DNA of 64,000 bases from an uncultured Acidobacteriota bacterium (lineage in GTDB: Bacteria > Acidobacteriota > UBA6911 > RPQK01 > JAPXNP01), in the NCBI GenBank assembly GCA_963777605.1, contig CAVZRV010000028.1, positions 64,001 through 128,000 of the forward strand. Direction: 5' to 3'. The translations under genes and the position numbers were made by a program. The notes below the pieces were generated by a model. That model did not search any database, was not told where the DNA came from, and worked only from the letters and a program-made list of their open reading frames with translations. The first letter of the stretch is position 1, and every line of letters begins with the position of its first letter. Of this stretch, positions 1-11,255 are shown in pieces.

Positions 1-1
1 C

Positions 2-1135
2 GGATGGATCGTTCTCGATACCGATAATCCGCGGCTGGGAAGCTTCTTCCAGTTCGGCGATGCGTCGAGGCTTGACGGCTCGGTGGCGATCCCCGAAGCG
101 TCCCGGTCGCTGCGGTTCACCAGGGTCTTCGAGGGTGACGCCGCTTACCGCGGCCAGCCGGCTTCCACCCTGCTGGTAGTGGCCAACCCGGATTCCGAAT
201 CGGCTGCGGTCACCTTCTCTCTGAAGGAGCCGGACGGGAGCACGCGGAAGACTTCCAGCCGCACGATCGCCGGGAAGGGCGTTCTTTCCGAGACGGTATC
301 CGAGCTATTTGGAATTGCCGCGTCCGAAGGCTACGTCGAGGCCGAGGTCACGGACGGAGCTGGGATCGTGGGTTTCCAGAGAATCAGCCTGAGAGACCAG
401 AACACGACCATGGGTCTGGCTCCCGCCACCGAGTCGCCGAGCAATGAGCTCTTCTCGGCCCAGCTGGTCAGCGCACCCGGGTTGTTTACGAGCATCAAGC
501 TGATCAACACGAGCAACCAGAGCCGGACCGTCACCCTGACGGCCACGGCCGACAACGGCGACCGCCTGGCCGACCCGGTGTTCCGGACACTGGGCCCGGG
601 CGAAAGCCTGGAGGAGGATGCGGCGGTTCTGTTCGCGTCTTCGGCCGCAGGGTCCGCTTCGTCGGCCGCTGCTGCCGATCAACTGGTATTGATCGGGTCT
701 CTACAGGCCGTCAGCGAGGGGCCAGGCGTTGTCGGCGACGTGCTGTTCGGAGATTCGACGGCGTTCCAGTACGCCGCCGCACTGCCCCTTCAGTCGATTC
801 CATTCAATGAGGCAGTGTTCAGCCAGTTCGCCAACCTCGAGGGCTTTTTCACCGGCCTGGCCTTCTTCAATCCCGGACTCGTGGACGCACAACTGACCAT
901 CGATGTCGTGCGGGCGAATGGCCAACTGGCCGGCCGTGCGCAGCTCGAACTGGGCGCAGGAGAACGCTTGTCGAAGCTCGTCGTGGAACTGGCTCCGGAG
1001 ACGGCCGGAGAGGCAGGGGGCTACGTTCTGGTGCGTTCGGATCAGCCCATACTGGCGCAGGTGCTGTTCGGGGCGGTCGGGCCCAACGGTCAGCCGACCC
1101 TGTTCTCGGCAGTGCCGCCCACGGCGATCCGTTAG
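2..1135 (+). CDS. 3' part of a large secreted/surface protein with tandem uncharacterised beta-rich modules (5' end outside window)
   Basis: Frame is open from position 2 (GWIVLDTDNPRLGSFFQFG...) to the stop at 1135. Modules 'FSAQLVSAPGLFTSIKLIN' and 'FSQFANLEGFFTGLAFFN...LFSAVPP' resemble the module in 3713-4909, 11256-14276 and 23426-27852. Confidence 0.75.
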   Translation, partial: GWIVLDTDNPRLGSFFQFGDASRLDGSVAIPEASRSLRFTRVFEGDAAYRGQPASTLLVVANPDSESAAVTFSLKEPDGSTRKTSSRTIAGKGVLSETVSELFGIAASEGYVEAEVTDGAGIVGFQRISLRDQNTTMGLAPATESPSNELFSAQLVSAPGLFTSIKLINTSNQSRTVTLTATADNGDRLADPVFRTLGPGESLEEDAAVLFASSAAGSASSAAAADQLVLIGSLQAVSEGPGVVGDVLFGDSTAFQYAAALPLQSIPFNEAVFSQFANLEGFFTGLAFFNPGLVDAQLTIDVVRANGQLAGRAQLELGAGERLSKLVVELAPETAGEAGGYVLVRSDQPILAQVLFGAVGPNGQPTLFSAVPPTAIR

Positions 1136-1184
1136 ATCGATTTCCAAACAGGGGCGTCGGCAACCAACCCTGGTGCGCCACCGG

Positions 1185-1392
1185 ACACAGAGGCGGGGGT
1201 AAGGAACGCGTCGCCCGGGGTCCGGTGCAGTGCCGGGAACGCAGGCCCAGGGAGGGCCTGCCTCTGTATGCCCGGCGGCCCGTTCGGTTTGCAACCAACC
1301 CCGGTCCGTTCGGTGGACGACCAACCCTGGTGTGCCCGGTGGGCCAGGGTGCCACCGGACACAGAGGCGGGGGTAAGGAACGCGCCCCCGCT
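1185..1392. repeat. REP-like palindrome cluster (same family as arrays at 48.3-50.8 kb)
   Basis: CAGAG-GCGGGGGT-AA-GGAAC-GC-GCCCCCGC at ~1362-1391, a second copy at ~1188, and inverted GCAGGCCC-AGGGA-GGGCCTGC-CTCTG at 1241-1266. Lies between convergent genes. Confidence 0.8.
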
Positions 1393-1471
1393 TCCTTTGG
1401 TGTGGCAGCCAGCCGTCGGGTCAGGCAGCCAACCCCGGGGTCCAACGGCTCTCTTCTTAGCGCCCCTCTGC

Positions 1472-3716
1472 CTACTTATCCTCCAGCTTCAGGATGACGC
1501 AGATGAGGTCGCCGACGTCGGTCTTCCCGTCTTGATTGCAGTCGACTCTCGCGCCGGTTGCGGACTCGTCGCTGAGCACCTTGACGATTTCGAGCAGGTC
1601 ACCGGAATCGAGTTTGCCGTCTCCCTTAGCGTCGCCTGGGGCTGTCGCTCCGGATGCCGACCTTCTCAAAAGCATCCCGCTGTGCCGGGAGGTGAGCCAG
1701 CCGGTGCCGTCGGGCGCAACGTCGAAGACAAATCCGTTCTGGTCGTTGCCGAAGTAGCCGCCGTCCGTTACGCCTGTCCAAGTCTCTCCGCCATCGATGG
1801 TCTTCAGCAGGCGTGCCGGGTTCGAGCCGTCCGCGTTGGCACCGACCGCAAGCCAACCTTGTTGGCGGTTGACAAACCGAATTTGGTCCCGGGTATCGAG
1901 GGCCGTCTGATCGCGTTGCGCGACCTGGTTCCAGGTCGTTCCCTTGTTGGTTGTCCGGTAGACTGCAACGCCGCCCTGTTGTCCTGCGCCAACCGACCAG
2001 CCGTACTCCTCGTCGAGCAACTGGAGGCCGGTGTACGTCGCGGGCCCGGAGGGGTAGGACCAGGTCTGGCCGCCGTCCCTGGTGCAGGCCATGGCTCCGC
2101 ATTACGGCGCAGTACTGCGTGTCGCTGACGTGGTCTACCCTGGTGTAGCGATTCCCGGGGCCGGCATCCCGGACTGTAGTCCACGTCGTGCCCCGATCAC
2201 TGGTGGCGATGATCCTGCCCGCGCTGTCGCTCGTTGTAATTGCGGTCCAGATCGAATCGGGGGAAGCGACCGAAAGGATCGCTTGCTGGTACGAGCCCTC
2301 CTCCCCGGCATCAATCGGAGCCCAGGTCGCCCCGCTGTCTAGCGACTTCAACAAATCGGCAGGCGGGTCGTAGCCCTCCGTCAATGTCCAGACTTCGGAA
2401 TTCTGGATAATCTTGACCCCAGCCCAGCGAGGGGGGCACATCCCGGGAAACGGGCATGGGATCTCGTGCAAGAGCGGATTCTGCCACGATCCTCCGGAAA
2501 GAGTCTGTGTGAAACTGTTCCAGAAGCTTCCGTCAAAACCAAGGGCAAGCCCTTTTAGCGAGCCGGATGAGAGATCGATGTCCACGTAGCTGAAGCCGGT
2601 CAGCTTCTCCACGCGATCCCATTGCAGGCCGTCGCTGCTGGTCAGAACCCTTTCCTGGCAAAGACCGGAGGCGCAGGGCCAGGCTCCGGCACCCTGACTG
2701 ACAAAGAGCCCTCCACCTGCTACCGCCACATAATGCAGAACGCTCACTGGTTCCCTAACGATCGGAAGCTGGGTCACACAGTTGTGGCAGAAATCGGTGC
2801 GGTTCCATGTCTCTCCCCCATCCACGGTCTCGAGGAGGACACCTCCCGCGCCGACGTCAAGGTCGCTGAAACTCCCGGTCACCCAGCCGTGCAGGGCCGT
2901 AACGAACGCCATATCGGTGACTTGGAAGATATCGGCTGGAAGAGTGGACTGCTGCCAGATTCCATTCTCCCCGTGTCGGTAAACCAGGATCGGCCTTTGG
3001 GCTCCGGGCAGCTCGGGACCACCCAAGGCATAATGATCCGTCCGAGTCGGGGCCTCCAGCGCCGTCAGACGCTGGTCGTCATAGTCGCGTCGAGAGACGG
3101 TCTGGAAATCATCGGCCGTCTCGATGATCACCCCCAGCCATCCCATCCAGTCGGAATAGTAGTTGCCCACCAGGGTGGCACGCCCGTCCCCGTAAATCTG
3201 CAGACCCGTGAACTCGCCCGGCCACTCACCCGAGTCGTAGAGCAGTTCCCAACTGGCCCCGCCGTCGAGCATGGAAGCGAGGATTGCCTGGCCGACCGGG
3301 TTTCTTCCAACCGCGTACGCCCGCAGGGGGCCCGTCATCTGAATACGGTTGAGATACGCGATCGAGTCGGGAAGCGCGTGGACGGTCCAGCTGACTCCGC
3401 TGTTCGAACTGTAGGCGATCCCGGACAGGGTTTGCGCCATGGCGTAGCCGCCCTCGAAGAAGACGAGTCCGCTGATCCAGCTATCCTCAGTCAGCTCGGG
3501 CGCGACCTGCGTCCAGACCCAGTCCCCATCCTGCTGCACCCCCTTGACCAGCAGGTCTCCCCCCAGCCAGACGACGTCGTCCGCAGGGTCGGCGGTCGCC
3601 CGGTTCTGGACCGCGATGGAAAAGAAATCCCCCCCCGACACCCACTCCCAGTCCCGTGCCTGGGCTGGCAGCGTCAGCAGGAAAACGGCAAGCAGTGCTG
3701 GCTTGATTCGCTTCAT
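1472..3716 (-). CDS. Secreted BNR/Asp-box (YCF48/sialidase-like) beta-propeller protein with C-terminal dockerin; frameshift near 2095
   Basis: Signal peptide MKRIKPALLAVFLLTLPAQA. Repeated S/TxDGGxT/SW Asp-boxes in ORFs 1626-3716 and 1472-2092. C-terminus has duplicated Ca-loop motifs GDAKGDGKLDSGDLL...VDCNQDGKTDVGDLI. Confidence 0.75.
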
Positions 3717-4909
3717 GATGATCCTACCTCTGCTGGGGAACGGTGATGTCGAAGGTGGTCAGTCAGCACCAGGCCGGCCTGCTTCAGAGCCACGGCGCCG
3801 ATGGGGAGGCTGGCGGTCACCTCGATCGACCCCTGGAACTCGGGCAGTGCCGAAATCGCGGCGAAAAGCTCCCTGGAGAACTGGGGCAGGTGCTCGTACG
3901 GATGCAGGGTGACAGTGCGGGTGGAGAGAACGTCCCCATCCACTTCCTTGACACGAAGTTGCACCACCACCGGGGAGTCGTTGACGTTGTACAGGGCGAT
4001 CCCCGAGTCGTAGACAGCAGCCTTGTAAACGATCGGGATCTCGAAGAAATTGACCAGCGAGGAGGCGGAAACGCCGGCTGCGGTGATGCTCTTGCCGGAC
4101 GGGTCGAACAGCTCGAAGACGATCCGGCCCTCAAGGGGGGCCGTGGCGACCAGGCTGGCGGTCCCCGCCCCCAGGTCCCCGGTCCCGGCACTGTTGAGAA
4201 ACCTGGTGCCGCTCGGGGGAACCGAGAGCGTCAGGGTGGATGCGGTCTGCCCGCCCTCCATCTGGATCTCCCAGGGAACCCCTCCGGAGCGGGCAAAGGA
4301 AATCTCGACGTCGGAAGTGGCGTTGGTGAAGTTGACGAACATCAACTGGGTCTGGAACCGGCCCCCGGCAAAGGTCCCGTTGACGAACTGGGGAAAGACG
4401 GCCAGGTTCTGATCGGCGCCCGGCGTGTTCGGCTGGTTGGTGATGTTGAGCTTTCCCGCCGTTACCTGGGTCGCGAGTTCCGCGCCGGACGAATCGTAGG
4501 CGGCCACGTTGGCGAGCGTGAGGTTGTGGCTCGATCCGAACCCGGCGCCGAAGTCGATATCGGCCACGACCTGCGCGGCGGTACCGGACGCGGCTCGAAA
4601 CGACGCCCGTGAAGAGGAGAAGATGGTGACGTTCACCTTGCCGGCCTTGACCCCGGCCCCGGCGCTGTGATCCCCGAGGAGGTCACCCTTCACCAGGTCG
4701 TCTTTACTGGCCACGGTCAGCACGGCCGAGTCGAATTCCAACAAGCTGAAGAACATGGTCGAGATCTGAGTGGCGTCTTCCACCATGACCGGTATGATTA
4801 CCGGCGTCCCGGGCAACCCGTTCACATCCGGTATCCGGACATGTACGGTGCCGAATGCGCTTGGATTCAGCACTATTCCCAGCAAGAATACCAGTATCCT
4901 CTTCATCAC
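3713..4909 (-). CDS. Secreted cohesin-domain protein with C-terminal uncharacterised module
   Basis: Signal peptide, then a cohesin-like segment VRIPDVNGLPGTPVIIPVMVED...LEFDSAVL...GKLNIT, then FPQFVNG...ALKQAGLVLT. A 4-bp duplication (CTGACTGA) near 3760 changes the tail; removing it gives LVLTTFDITVPQQR*, like the paralogs. Confidence 0.75.
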   Translation of the reverse strand: MMKRILVFLLGIVLNPSAFGTVHVRIPDVNGLPGTPVIIPVMVEDATQISTMFFSLLEFDSAVLTVASKDDLVKGDLLGDHSAGAGVKAGKVNVTIFSSSRASFRAASGTAAQVVADIDFGAGFGSSHNLTLANVAAYDSSGAELATQVTAGKLNITNQPNTPGADQNLAVFPQFVNGTFAGGRFQTQLMFVNFTNATSDVEISFARSGGVPWEIQMEGGQTASTLTLSVPPSGTRFLNSAGTGDLGAGTASLVATAPLEGRIVFELFDPSGKSITAAGVSASSLVNFFEIPIVYKAAVYDSGIALYNVNDSPVVVQLRVKEVDGDVLSTRTVTLHPYEHLPQFSRELFAAISALPEFQGSIEVTASLPIGAVALKQAGLVLTDHLRHHRSPAEVGSS

Positions 4910-4969
4910 ATTTCTCCCCTCTTGTGGGCTCGAAACCCCGGGACCTCTGCGGCTTCGTGCTCTCGCGTT

Positions 4970-7900
4970 TCACCATGAGCCTTTCCCGAAGTTGACGCCT
5001 GCCTTTAGTCTTTCCCAATCAAGCGTCGTGATCCCCACCACTTCAGCGTCCCCTCGTTTGACGGTGTAGTGCACCTGGGTGACCCGGGGCTGGGCGTCAT
5101 TCCCGGATGCCGACCAGTGTCCGTCGATCCCGGAAGGCAGCAGTACCGGGTGATCGGGCGCGACCGCGAGCGGCAGGCCCTGTATCTGGACAAGCCGGCG
5201 GTTGGAGTAGTCGATCAGCTGTGGATCACGGATCTTGCCGATAAAGGAATACTCGGCGGTGACATCGACAGTCGGGTGATAGGAGTTGAGATTGATTTGC
5301 CCGGTGATCTTGACGGTCGTTGTGTTTGTGTACGGCGGCGCGTCCCAGGGATTCTCTTCCTGCTGTTCCGTGAACTCGACGTCGAATTTGAATCCCGTTG
5401 GACTCCCGGTCCAATTCAGCGGGAGGGCCCCGGCGTTCTCCACGCTGACCCGGCCGATCGCGCTTCCGTCCCCGAGCCTAATAGCGGCGCCTTCTGAGTT
5501 GTACTCGTTGAAACTGGGCTCCCAGACCGACGCGCTGAAGCTGCGGTACTCGTCCTTGAGGTACTGCAGAACATCCCCAACCTTGATATCCCCGACCTTC
5601 TCTGACACCCCTCCCACATTGAGCATCACGGTCACTTCATCCTTACCCAACACGCTGTCCGGGACGTAAGGAGAGACCTTGCCGGGTTGCCACTCTGCAT
5701 AAAGCTGTGCCGCCTCACCGTTGAAAGTGACCGAACTCGAGGGGTGCTGCTCTCCAAACCCATCACCCCAACTTGTGACGGGAGACCTCGGCCAGAGCAT
5801 TTCTTGGTCAGGCTGTGTCCAGATTCTGGGCCTGACAATGTAGCGGCCCCATTCGACCCCAACGCTTTCGGAGTAAAGCCAGAGATCACCTGAAATCGCT
5901 TCACTGGGAATGGTGAATCGAATCTCGCTTGGCTCCCATCCCCAGAAGAAGTCGATCTTGAGATCGCCCAGCATGACGTAGCAACGGGAATCTCCACAAT
6001 CGTTACCGAACCCCGTGCCGGTGATCGTGACTTCCTCTCCGATGTGGGCTTCCGGCGGACTGATGGAAGTGATCTCAAACCCGGCCAGAATGTAGAAGGT
6101 TTCGGCTACGACCGGGACGTCCTCCACTTCGACCACCAGGTATCCGGTCTGCGCACCTGCAGGCACGGCGCAGATGATCTCGGTGTCGGTCCAGGTCGGG
6201 CAGGTCGCGGAAGCCCCCCGAAGGAGACAAACCCGGAATCACCAAACCCGCTTCCCGTGATGGTGACCTCATCCCCGATTCGCCCTTCGGACGGAGCGAA
6301 CCCGGTGATCGTCTGGGGAGGCTGGAGCATCGTGAAAGGCCCGGCCGTGACATCGGAGCCGGCCACCCAAACGACCAGGTCTCCGGTGAGGCCGGCCGCC
6401 GGGACCCGGACCTGGAGCTCGGTGTCGCTCCACGAGATGTAGGAGTCGGCGGGGACTCCCCCAAAGCGGACGACGCTAACGCCGCGATTCTCTCCGAACC
6501 CGGTGCCGGCGATCCAGACTTCATCCCCGGGGTAGCCCTGGTGGGGCAGGTAGCCCGCGATCGTGTGAGTCCGCACCGTAAACTGCCCGGCGTCGGCCGT
6601 CTTCCCCTCGACGTTCAGGAGCAGCGCTCCCGTTTTGGCACCGCCGGGGACCCTGCCTCAATTTGGGAGTCGGACCAGGCCGGGTATGCAGTGGCGGGGA
6701 CACCGCCGAAGGTCACGGTACTGCCGCCGCGGACGGCGCCGAAGCCACTTCCCTGGACGGTCACCGACGTTCCGACCGGGCCTTCCCGCGGATCGACGGA
6801 ACTGACCGCCAGCGGTGCCTGGGGTGTCACGCGAGGCCAGACGTTGCCGAAGCGGTCCACGACCGAGACCACGATCTCGTCCTGGCCACTGCCGTCCGGC
6901 AGGGCGTGAGCCTGTTCCGGCCCGGGCCCCAGCGGGATGAGTTCGGCGCCGGGAAGGACCACGCCGTTTCGGTGGATCCGGTACCCCTGGATGTAACCTC
7001 GGGGTATGTCGCCGATTCCCTCCGTCGTCCAGGTGACGGAATCCGGGCTGTGCAGGGTAACACGCGGAGCCAGGAGGAGGTAGAAGGCGATCTGGGTGAA
7101 CACGCCGCTGGTCGTGCCGCTGTTGACGAGCGAGAACTCGAGACCGGTGTTGGGTCCGGTGCTCCCCATGTCGGGAATGGCCAGGGGGGAACTGCGCAAG
7201 TCGCGAAAACCGAGTCCCGAGCTGAGCGGCGTGACCTCGTCATAAGCGGCATCGGCAGTTCCGAGAAAGGGGTATGCCAGCCATTCCAGGGCCCGGTCAG
7301 CCGAAGCGGAGGCATCGATGACGAGGAGGGCCGGGTCCGGGTTGTTCGCCTGCAGGCGGAGGTGCGAGGCGGAAAGGGGGGGCAGGGTCCTTCGGTAGAG
7401 GACGAAGGTGTGCCGGTTCCGGTTGTCGAACGTGAACCGGGGCAGGCCCGAGAGGCTGAGCGTCGCCAGGGTCGCCATCCGGCTCTTGATGGCGCCGTGG
7501 AGTCCTTCGGACGCTTGCGGGGTCTTCAGGATCTCGTCGACGTAGTCCCCGAAGGCCGAGGTCAGGCCGGGTGCTCCGGCCGCCTGGATTCCGGCTCCCA
7601 GGTTGATCAGGTCCGACGTGGAACCGTGTCTCAGGGCAGCGGCGGTCACTTCCGAGCCGGTGCGCAGCTTCAACCAGTCCAGGAAATGAGCCAGGGTGTA
7701 CATGCTGCCCTCGCTGCCGGTCGTGATCGAGACGTCGAGGTACTGGGCGGCGCGGTCGTAACCGAGTGAGGCGGCGCCCCCCTAAAGCTCCATTCTCTCC
7801 GCGTCGCTCAACTGGACGGCGCGGGCTGAATAGTGGTTGGCGGCTGCCTCAACGAACCACTGGTTGTAGACCCACGCGTGCAGGTTAGAGGAATAGTGTT

Positions 7901-8904
7901 GGCCCTGGAGTACGTGAACCAGTTCATGCCCGGCGACGCCGCGCATCTGGTCCCAGGTTCTGAGCTGCTGGTTGCTGATATAGAGATCGCAGAACCAGCC
8001 TCCGCCCAGCTTCGTCTGACCTTCAATTCCGGGTCCGAGGTCTTCGACGCAAGCGCTCATCGGCGCCGATTCGGGGCTGAAAACCCTCGTCCCGCTCGGG
8101 TCGGTGAAGGTCAGGAGCCTGGCGTAAGCGTCGTTGAGGGCGATGTCCAGGTCTTCGATAGAGTCGGGGATGTCCGGATCGCTGGCGTTTCCGGTCCTGC
8201 TGTCCCAGGTGAGATCGTCGAGCACCGCGTCGGAACCGCCGGTCGGGGGGTAGTAGTAAACCTGGAAACTCGATCCTTGGCGATAGGCCGAACGGAGAGA
8301 GGTGTACTTGCGCGCGCGGACCCGGACCCGCTTTTCGTGGGAAGGGCCTGCCTGAAGCGGGATCTCGGTCCCGTCCCGAAGTCCCGCCCCCGAGGCCGCG
8401 GAAAGCGCCGGGTCCAGCTGGAGGTCGAAGAAAAGGGATTGGAGGTCGCTGTCGTACCCGGCCGCGTTTCCGATCGGAACCCAGCGGCTGGTTTCCGGGT
8501 CAAAAGCCTCGGGCGTCAATCGATCCGGTTTCCGAAACCGGCGCCGAAGTCGATCTGCATGACGACCTGGAAGAGCAGTCCGGAGTCTGACTTCAGCAGG
8601 TCGAGGGATGGAGAGAAGGCATGACCCGAACCTTGCCACTTTCACGAACCACATCCAGCCCGTGGTCGAAGAGGACATTCCCAGAAAGGACCCAGTCGTC
8701 CGATTCGACACTGAGTTTCGCCGGGTCATACTCGAGAGTCAGTTGAAGCGCGGAAAGGTCAACCGCTCCATCGATCATCACCGGGACATTGACGGTGGTG
8801 CCGGGAAGCCCGCTGATTTCGGGGACCCTCACCACTGCCTGCCCCAGGGAGGCTGGAACCAGCGACATCACGATCAGCAGGCGTAGCATCGACCTCAAAC
8901 GCAT
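4970..8904 (-). CDS. Large secreted protein split by frameshifts: partial cohesin, HExxH zinc-peptidase-like domain and several IPT/TIG domains
   Basis: Consecutive fragments: 8593-8904 (signal + VRVPEISGLPGTTVNVPVMID), 7782-8729 (GHELVHVLQ...WFVEAAA), 6615-7703, 6106-6576 and 4970-6166 with repeated PxEGxxGxxVTITGxGFG IPT motifs. Confidence 0.6.
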
Positions 8905-9120
8905 TCCTCCGGCAAGTTGAGTGTAAAGGCAAATTGGATTTCGATGAAGTGGCTTGGCGAATTAATCTCCGAATGCCGCTGTAGAAGCCACTGGAAATCT
9001 GCGGGAAAGACAGGGAAGACTGTTGAAGCGTAATGACTTGATCCCCATTTCCGGGAGCTCTTCTGAGGGTTGCTGTCGATGGAAAAAAGGAAGTCCTATG
9101 TCGTCGGAAGAACTCGATTT

Positions 9121-9219
9121 GAACAAGGGACAGACTGGTTCCCGCCCAGGCTGTGAACAAGAACAAGGTTCCCGCCCAGGCTGTGAACAAGAACAAGGGA
9201 CAGACTGGTTCCCGCCCAG
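9121..9219. repeat. Short tandem repeat (30-40 bp units) carrying the GGGACAGAC motif
   Basis: GAACAAGG(GACAGACTGG)TTCCCGCCCAGGCTGTGAACAA occurs three times, the last partial. Confidence 0.8.
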
Positions 9220-9499
9220 TGCCGCTGCGGCGGCAACAGGAATCAGCCTGTTTGAATGCATAAGCCGACAGGCGGAATGGTTGGCGATCGGGTCAGTTGC
9301 AGCGACAGCACGAGTCTGTCCCTATCTAGCAATTTACGGTAACCGCGAGAGAGAAGGGGACGGCCTTCGTGGGAACGACCGGAGCGGACCTGGAGAAGAC
9401 TTTCTCCCACCAGGAAACGCGCATCGTCAAAAACGACACTACGATCAGCTCTCACAACCGGACATCTTGACTTACTGCTGACAATCGCAGCCCGAAACT

Positions 9500-9528
9500 T
9501 TGCAGGAAAATCGCAGTATCATTATAAT
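9500..9528 (+). promoter_or_regulatory. Sigma70-type promoter for mltF
   Basis: TTGCAG-17bp-TATAAT in an AT-rich patch, 44 bp upstream of the ATG. Confidence 0.6.
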
Positions 9529-9572
9529 AATAAAATACTTATAAAATTTCCACCTTTTCAGGTCGAGTCTTC

Positions 9573-10925
9573 ATGAGATTCCCCATAGGTCCCTCGCTGC
9601 TCCTCTTTCTGGCCTTCTCTGGCTGTCAGACCCATTCCCGGTTGGAGCCAATCGAACGGGAATTGGTGGTCCTGACCCGGATGGCGCCTACAACGTATTA
9701 CGAAGATCAGAACGGCAATCCGGCCGGTCCCGAATACGATCTGGTCAAAGTGTTTGCCCGGGCGCGAGATGTCCCGGTACGGTTTCAGATCGTGGATACC
9801 ATTGACGAAATTCTCCAGAAGCTGGAGCAGGGCGAAGCCGATCTGGCGGCGGCAGGCCTCACCCTGACTGAATCCAGGTCCGACCGATTCCAGGCGGGGC
9901 CTGCATACCAGGAAGTCTCCGAGATCTGTGTCTGCAGTAAGGCGTCAGAGGTGGATTCCCCCGCAGAACTTGTCGGCGTTCGGCTGGCAATTGGTAAAGA
10001 GAGCAGCTACGAGGAGACACTGCAGAACCTCAAATCCACTATCCCCGACCTGAAATGGACGACGAGAGAACTCTCGACAGAGCAACTCCTTCAGAAGGTT
10101 TGGGAAGAGCAGATTGACTGCACGATTGCGGATTCGAACATTGTGGACATCAACCAGCGCTACTTTCCCGAGATCGAGCGTGCGTTTTCCATCGGCAGCA
10201 AACGCTCCCTGGTCTGGTATATGCCCCAAGGAAGTCCTGTGCCGTCGGAAGAACTCGATCGATGGTTTGAGACACTTCGACAGTCGGGAAGGCTCAGCGA
10301 CATATTGAACCGTTACTACGGCCACATTGATGAATTCGATTATTACGACACCCGGGTGTTCCTCGATCGGATGGAAAGCCGGCTGGAGAAATTTGAGCCG
10401 CTTTTCAGAAAAGCAGCTTCAGACGCCGGATTCCCCTGGCAGTTGATAGCAGCCATCGCCTATCAGGAATCCCAATGGAATCCTGAGGCCACGAGTCCAA
10501 CCGGAGTCCGCGGACTCTTCATGCTGACCCGATCAACCGCACGGGCGCTCGGAGTCGCCAACCGCCTCGACGCGGAGCAAAGCGCGCTGGGCGGAGTCCG
10601 ATACCTCCGACAACTCTTTCAGAGGATCCCGTCATTCATTCAGAGTCCAGACCGTCTCTGGATGGCCCTGGCAGCCTACAACGTGGGATTCTCACACCTC
10701 CAGGACGCCCGTCGACTTGCGATCGACCTCGACCGAAATCCCAACCGGTGGTTTTCCCTCAAAGAGGTGCTGCCCCACTTGACCCAGAAGAAATATTACC
10801 GTCGGCTTCGTCACGGCTATGCCCGAGGTCACGAACCAGTGCTTTTCGTGGAACGCATTCGGCACTATCAAGATCTTCTGACGGAAAAACTCGATCAACA
10901 AGGAGAGTTGGCCGCGCTCAGGTAA
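9573..10925 (+). CDS. mltF: Membrane-bound lytic murein transglycosylase F
   Basis: Lipobox FSGC, SBP-family-3-like N-domain (DLAAAGLT), SLT domain AAIAYQESQWNPEATSPTGVRGLFMLT, AAYNVG and YARGHEP. Confidence 0.93.
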   Translation: MRFPIGPSLLLFLAFSGCQTHSRLEPIERELVVLTRMAPTTYYEDQNGNPAGPEYDLVKVFARARDVPVRFQIVDTIDEILQKLEQGEADLAAAGLTLTESRSDRFQAGPAYQEVSEICVCSKASEVDSPAELVGVRLAIGKESSYEETLQNLKSTIPDLKWTTRELSTEQLLQKVWEEQIDCTIADSNIVDINQRYFPEIERAFSIGSKRSLVWYMPQGSPVPSEELDRWFETLRQSGRLSDILNRYYGHIDEFDYYDTRVFLDRMESRLEKFEPLFRKAASDAGFPWQLIAAIAYQESQWNPEATSPTGVRGLFMLTRSTARALGVANRLDAEQSALGGVRYLRQLFQRIPSFIQSPDRLWMALAAYNVGFSHLQDARRLAIDLDRNPNRWFSLKEVLPHLTQKKYYRRLRHGYARGHEPVLFVERIRHYQDLLTEKLDQQGELAALR

Positions 10926-11028
10926 CTCCAGCAGGCCAAAACCAGTCTGTCCCTTTCTCCACTTCGAACCTCCATGGACTTCACCGTCTCCCGATTTCTA
11001 TTTATGCCAAGTCAGACACAGAACTCTA

Positions 11029-11057
11029 TTGACACAGATTGATAGCCGGGATAGTGT
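11029..11057 (+). promoter_or_regulatory. Putative sigma70 promoter for the 11256 gene
   Basis: TTGACA-17bp-TAGTGT, overlapped by a direct repeat GACACAGA (11015 and 11031). Confidence 0.4.
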
Positions 11058-11255
11058 CTCTGTGAGAACGAAATCGGCTGGAATACTCCTGTGGCCGACA
11101 CCCGATGGATCGGGACCATTGTCAAAGTCGCCAACCGGGCGTTCTTAAGTCGGTTACGGCTTCAGGATCAGGAAGAAACTTGGGGCTCGTCTCCAGGGAG
11201 ATTCTGATTCTCCCTCCTGCAGCGGCAAATTTCTCTGATATTCGACGGAGGTGCT

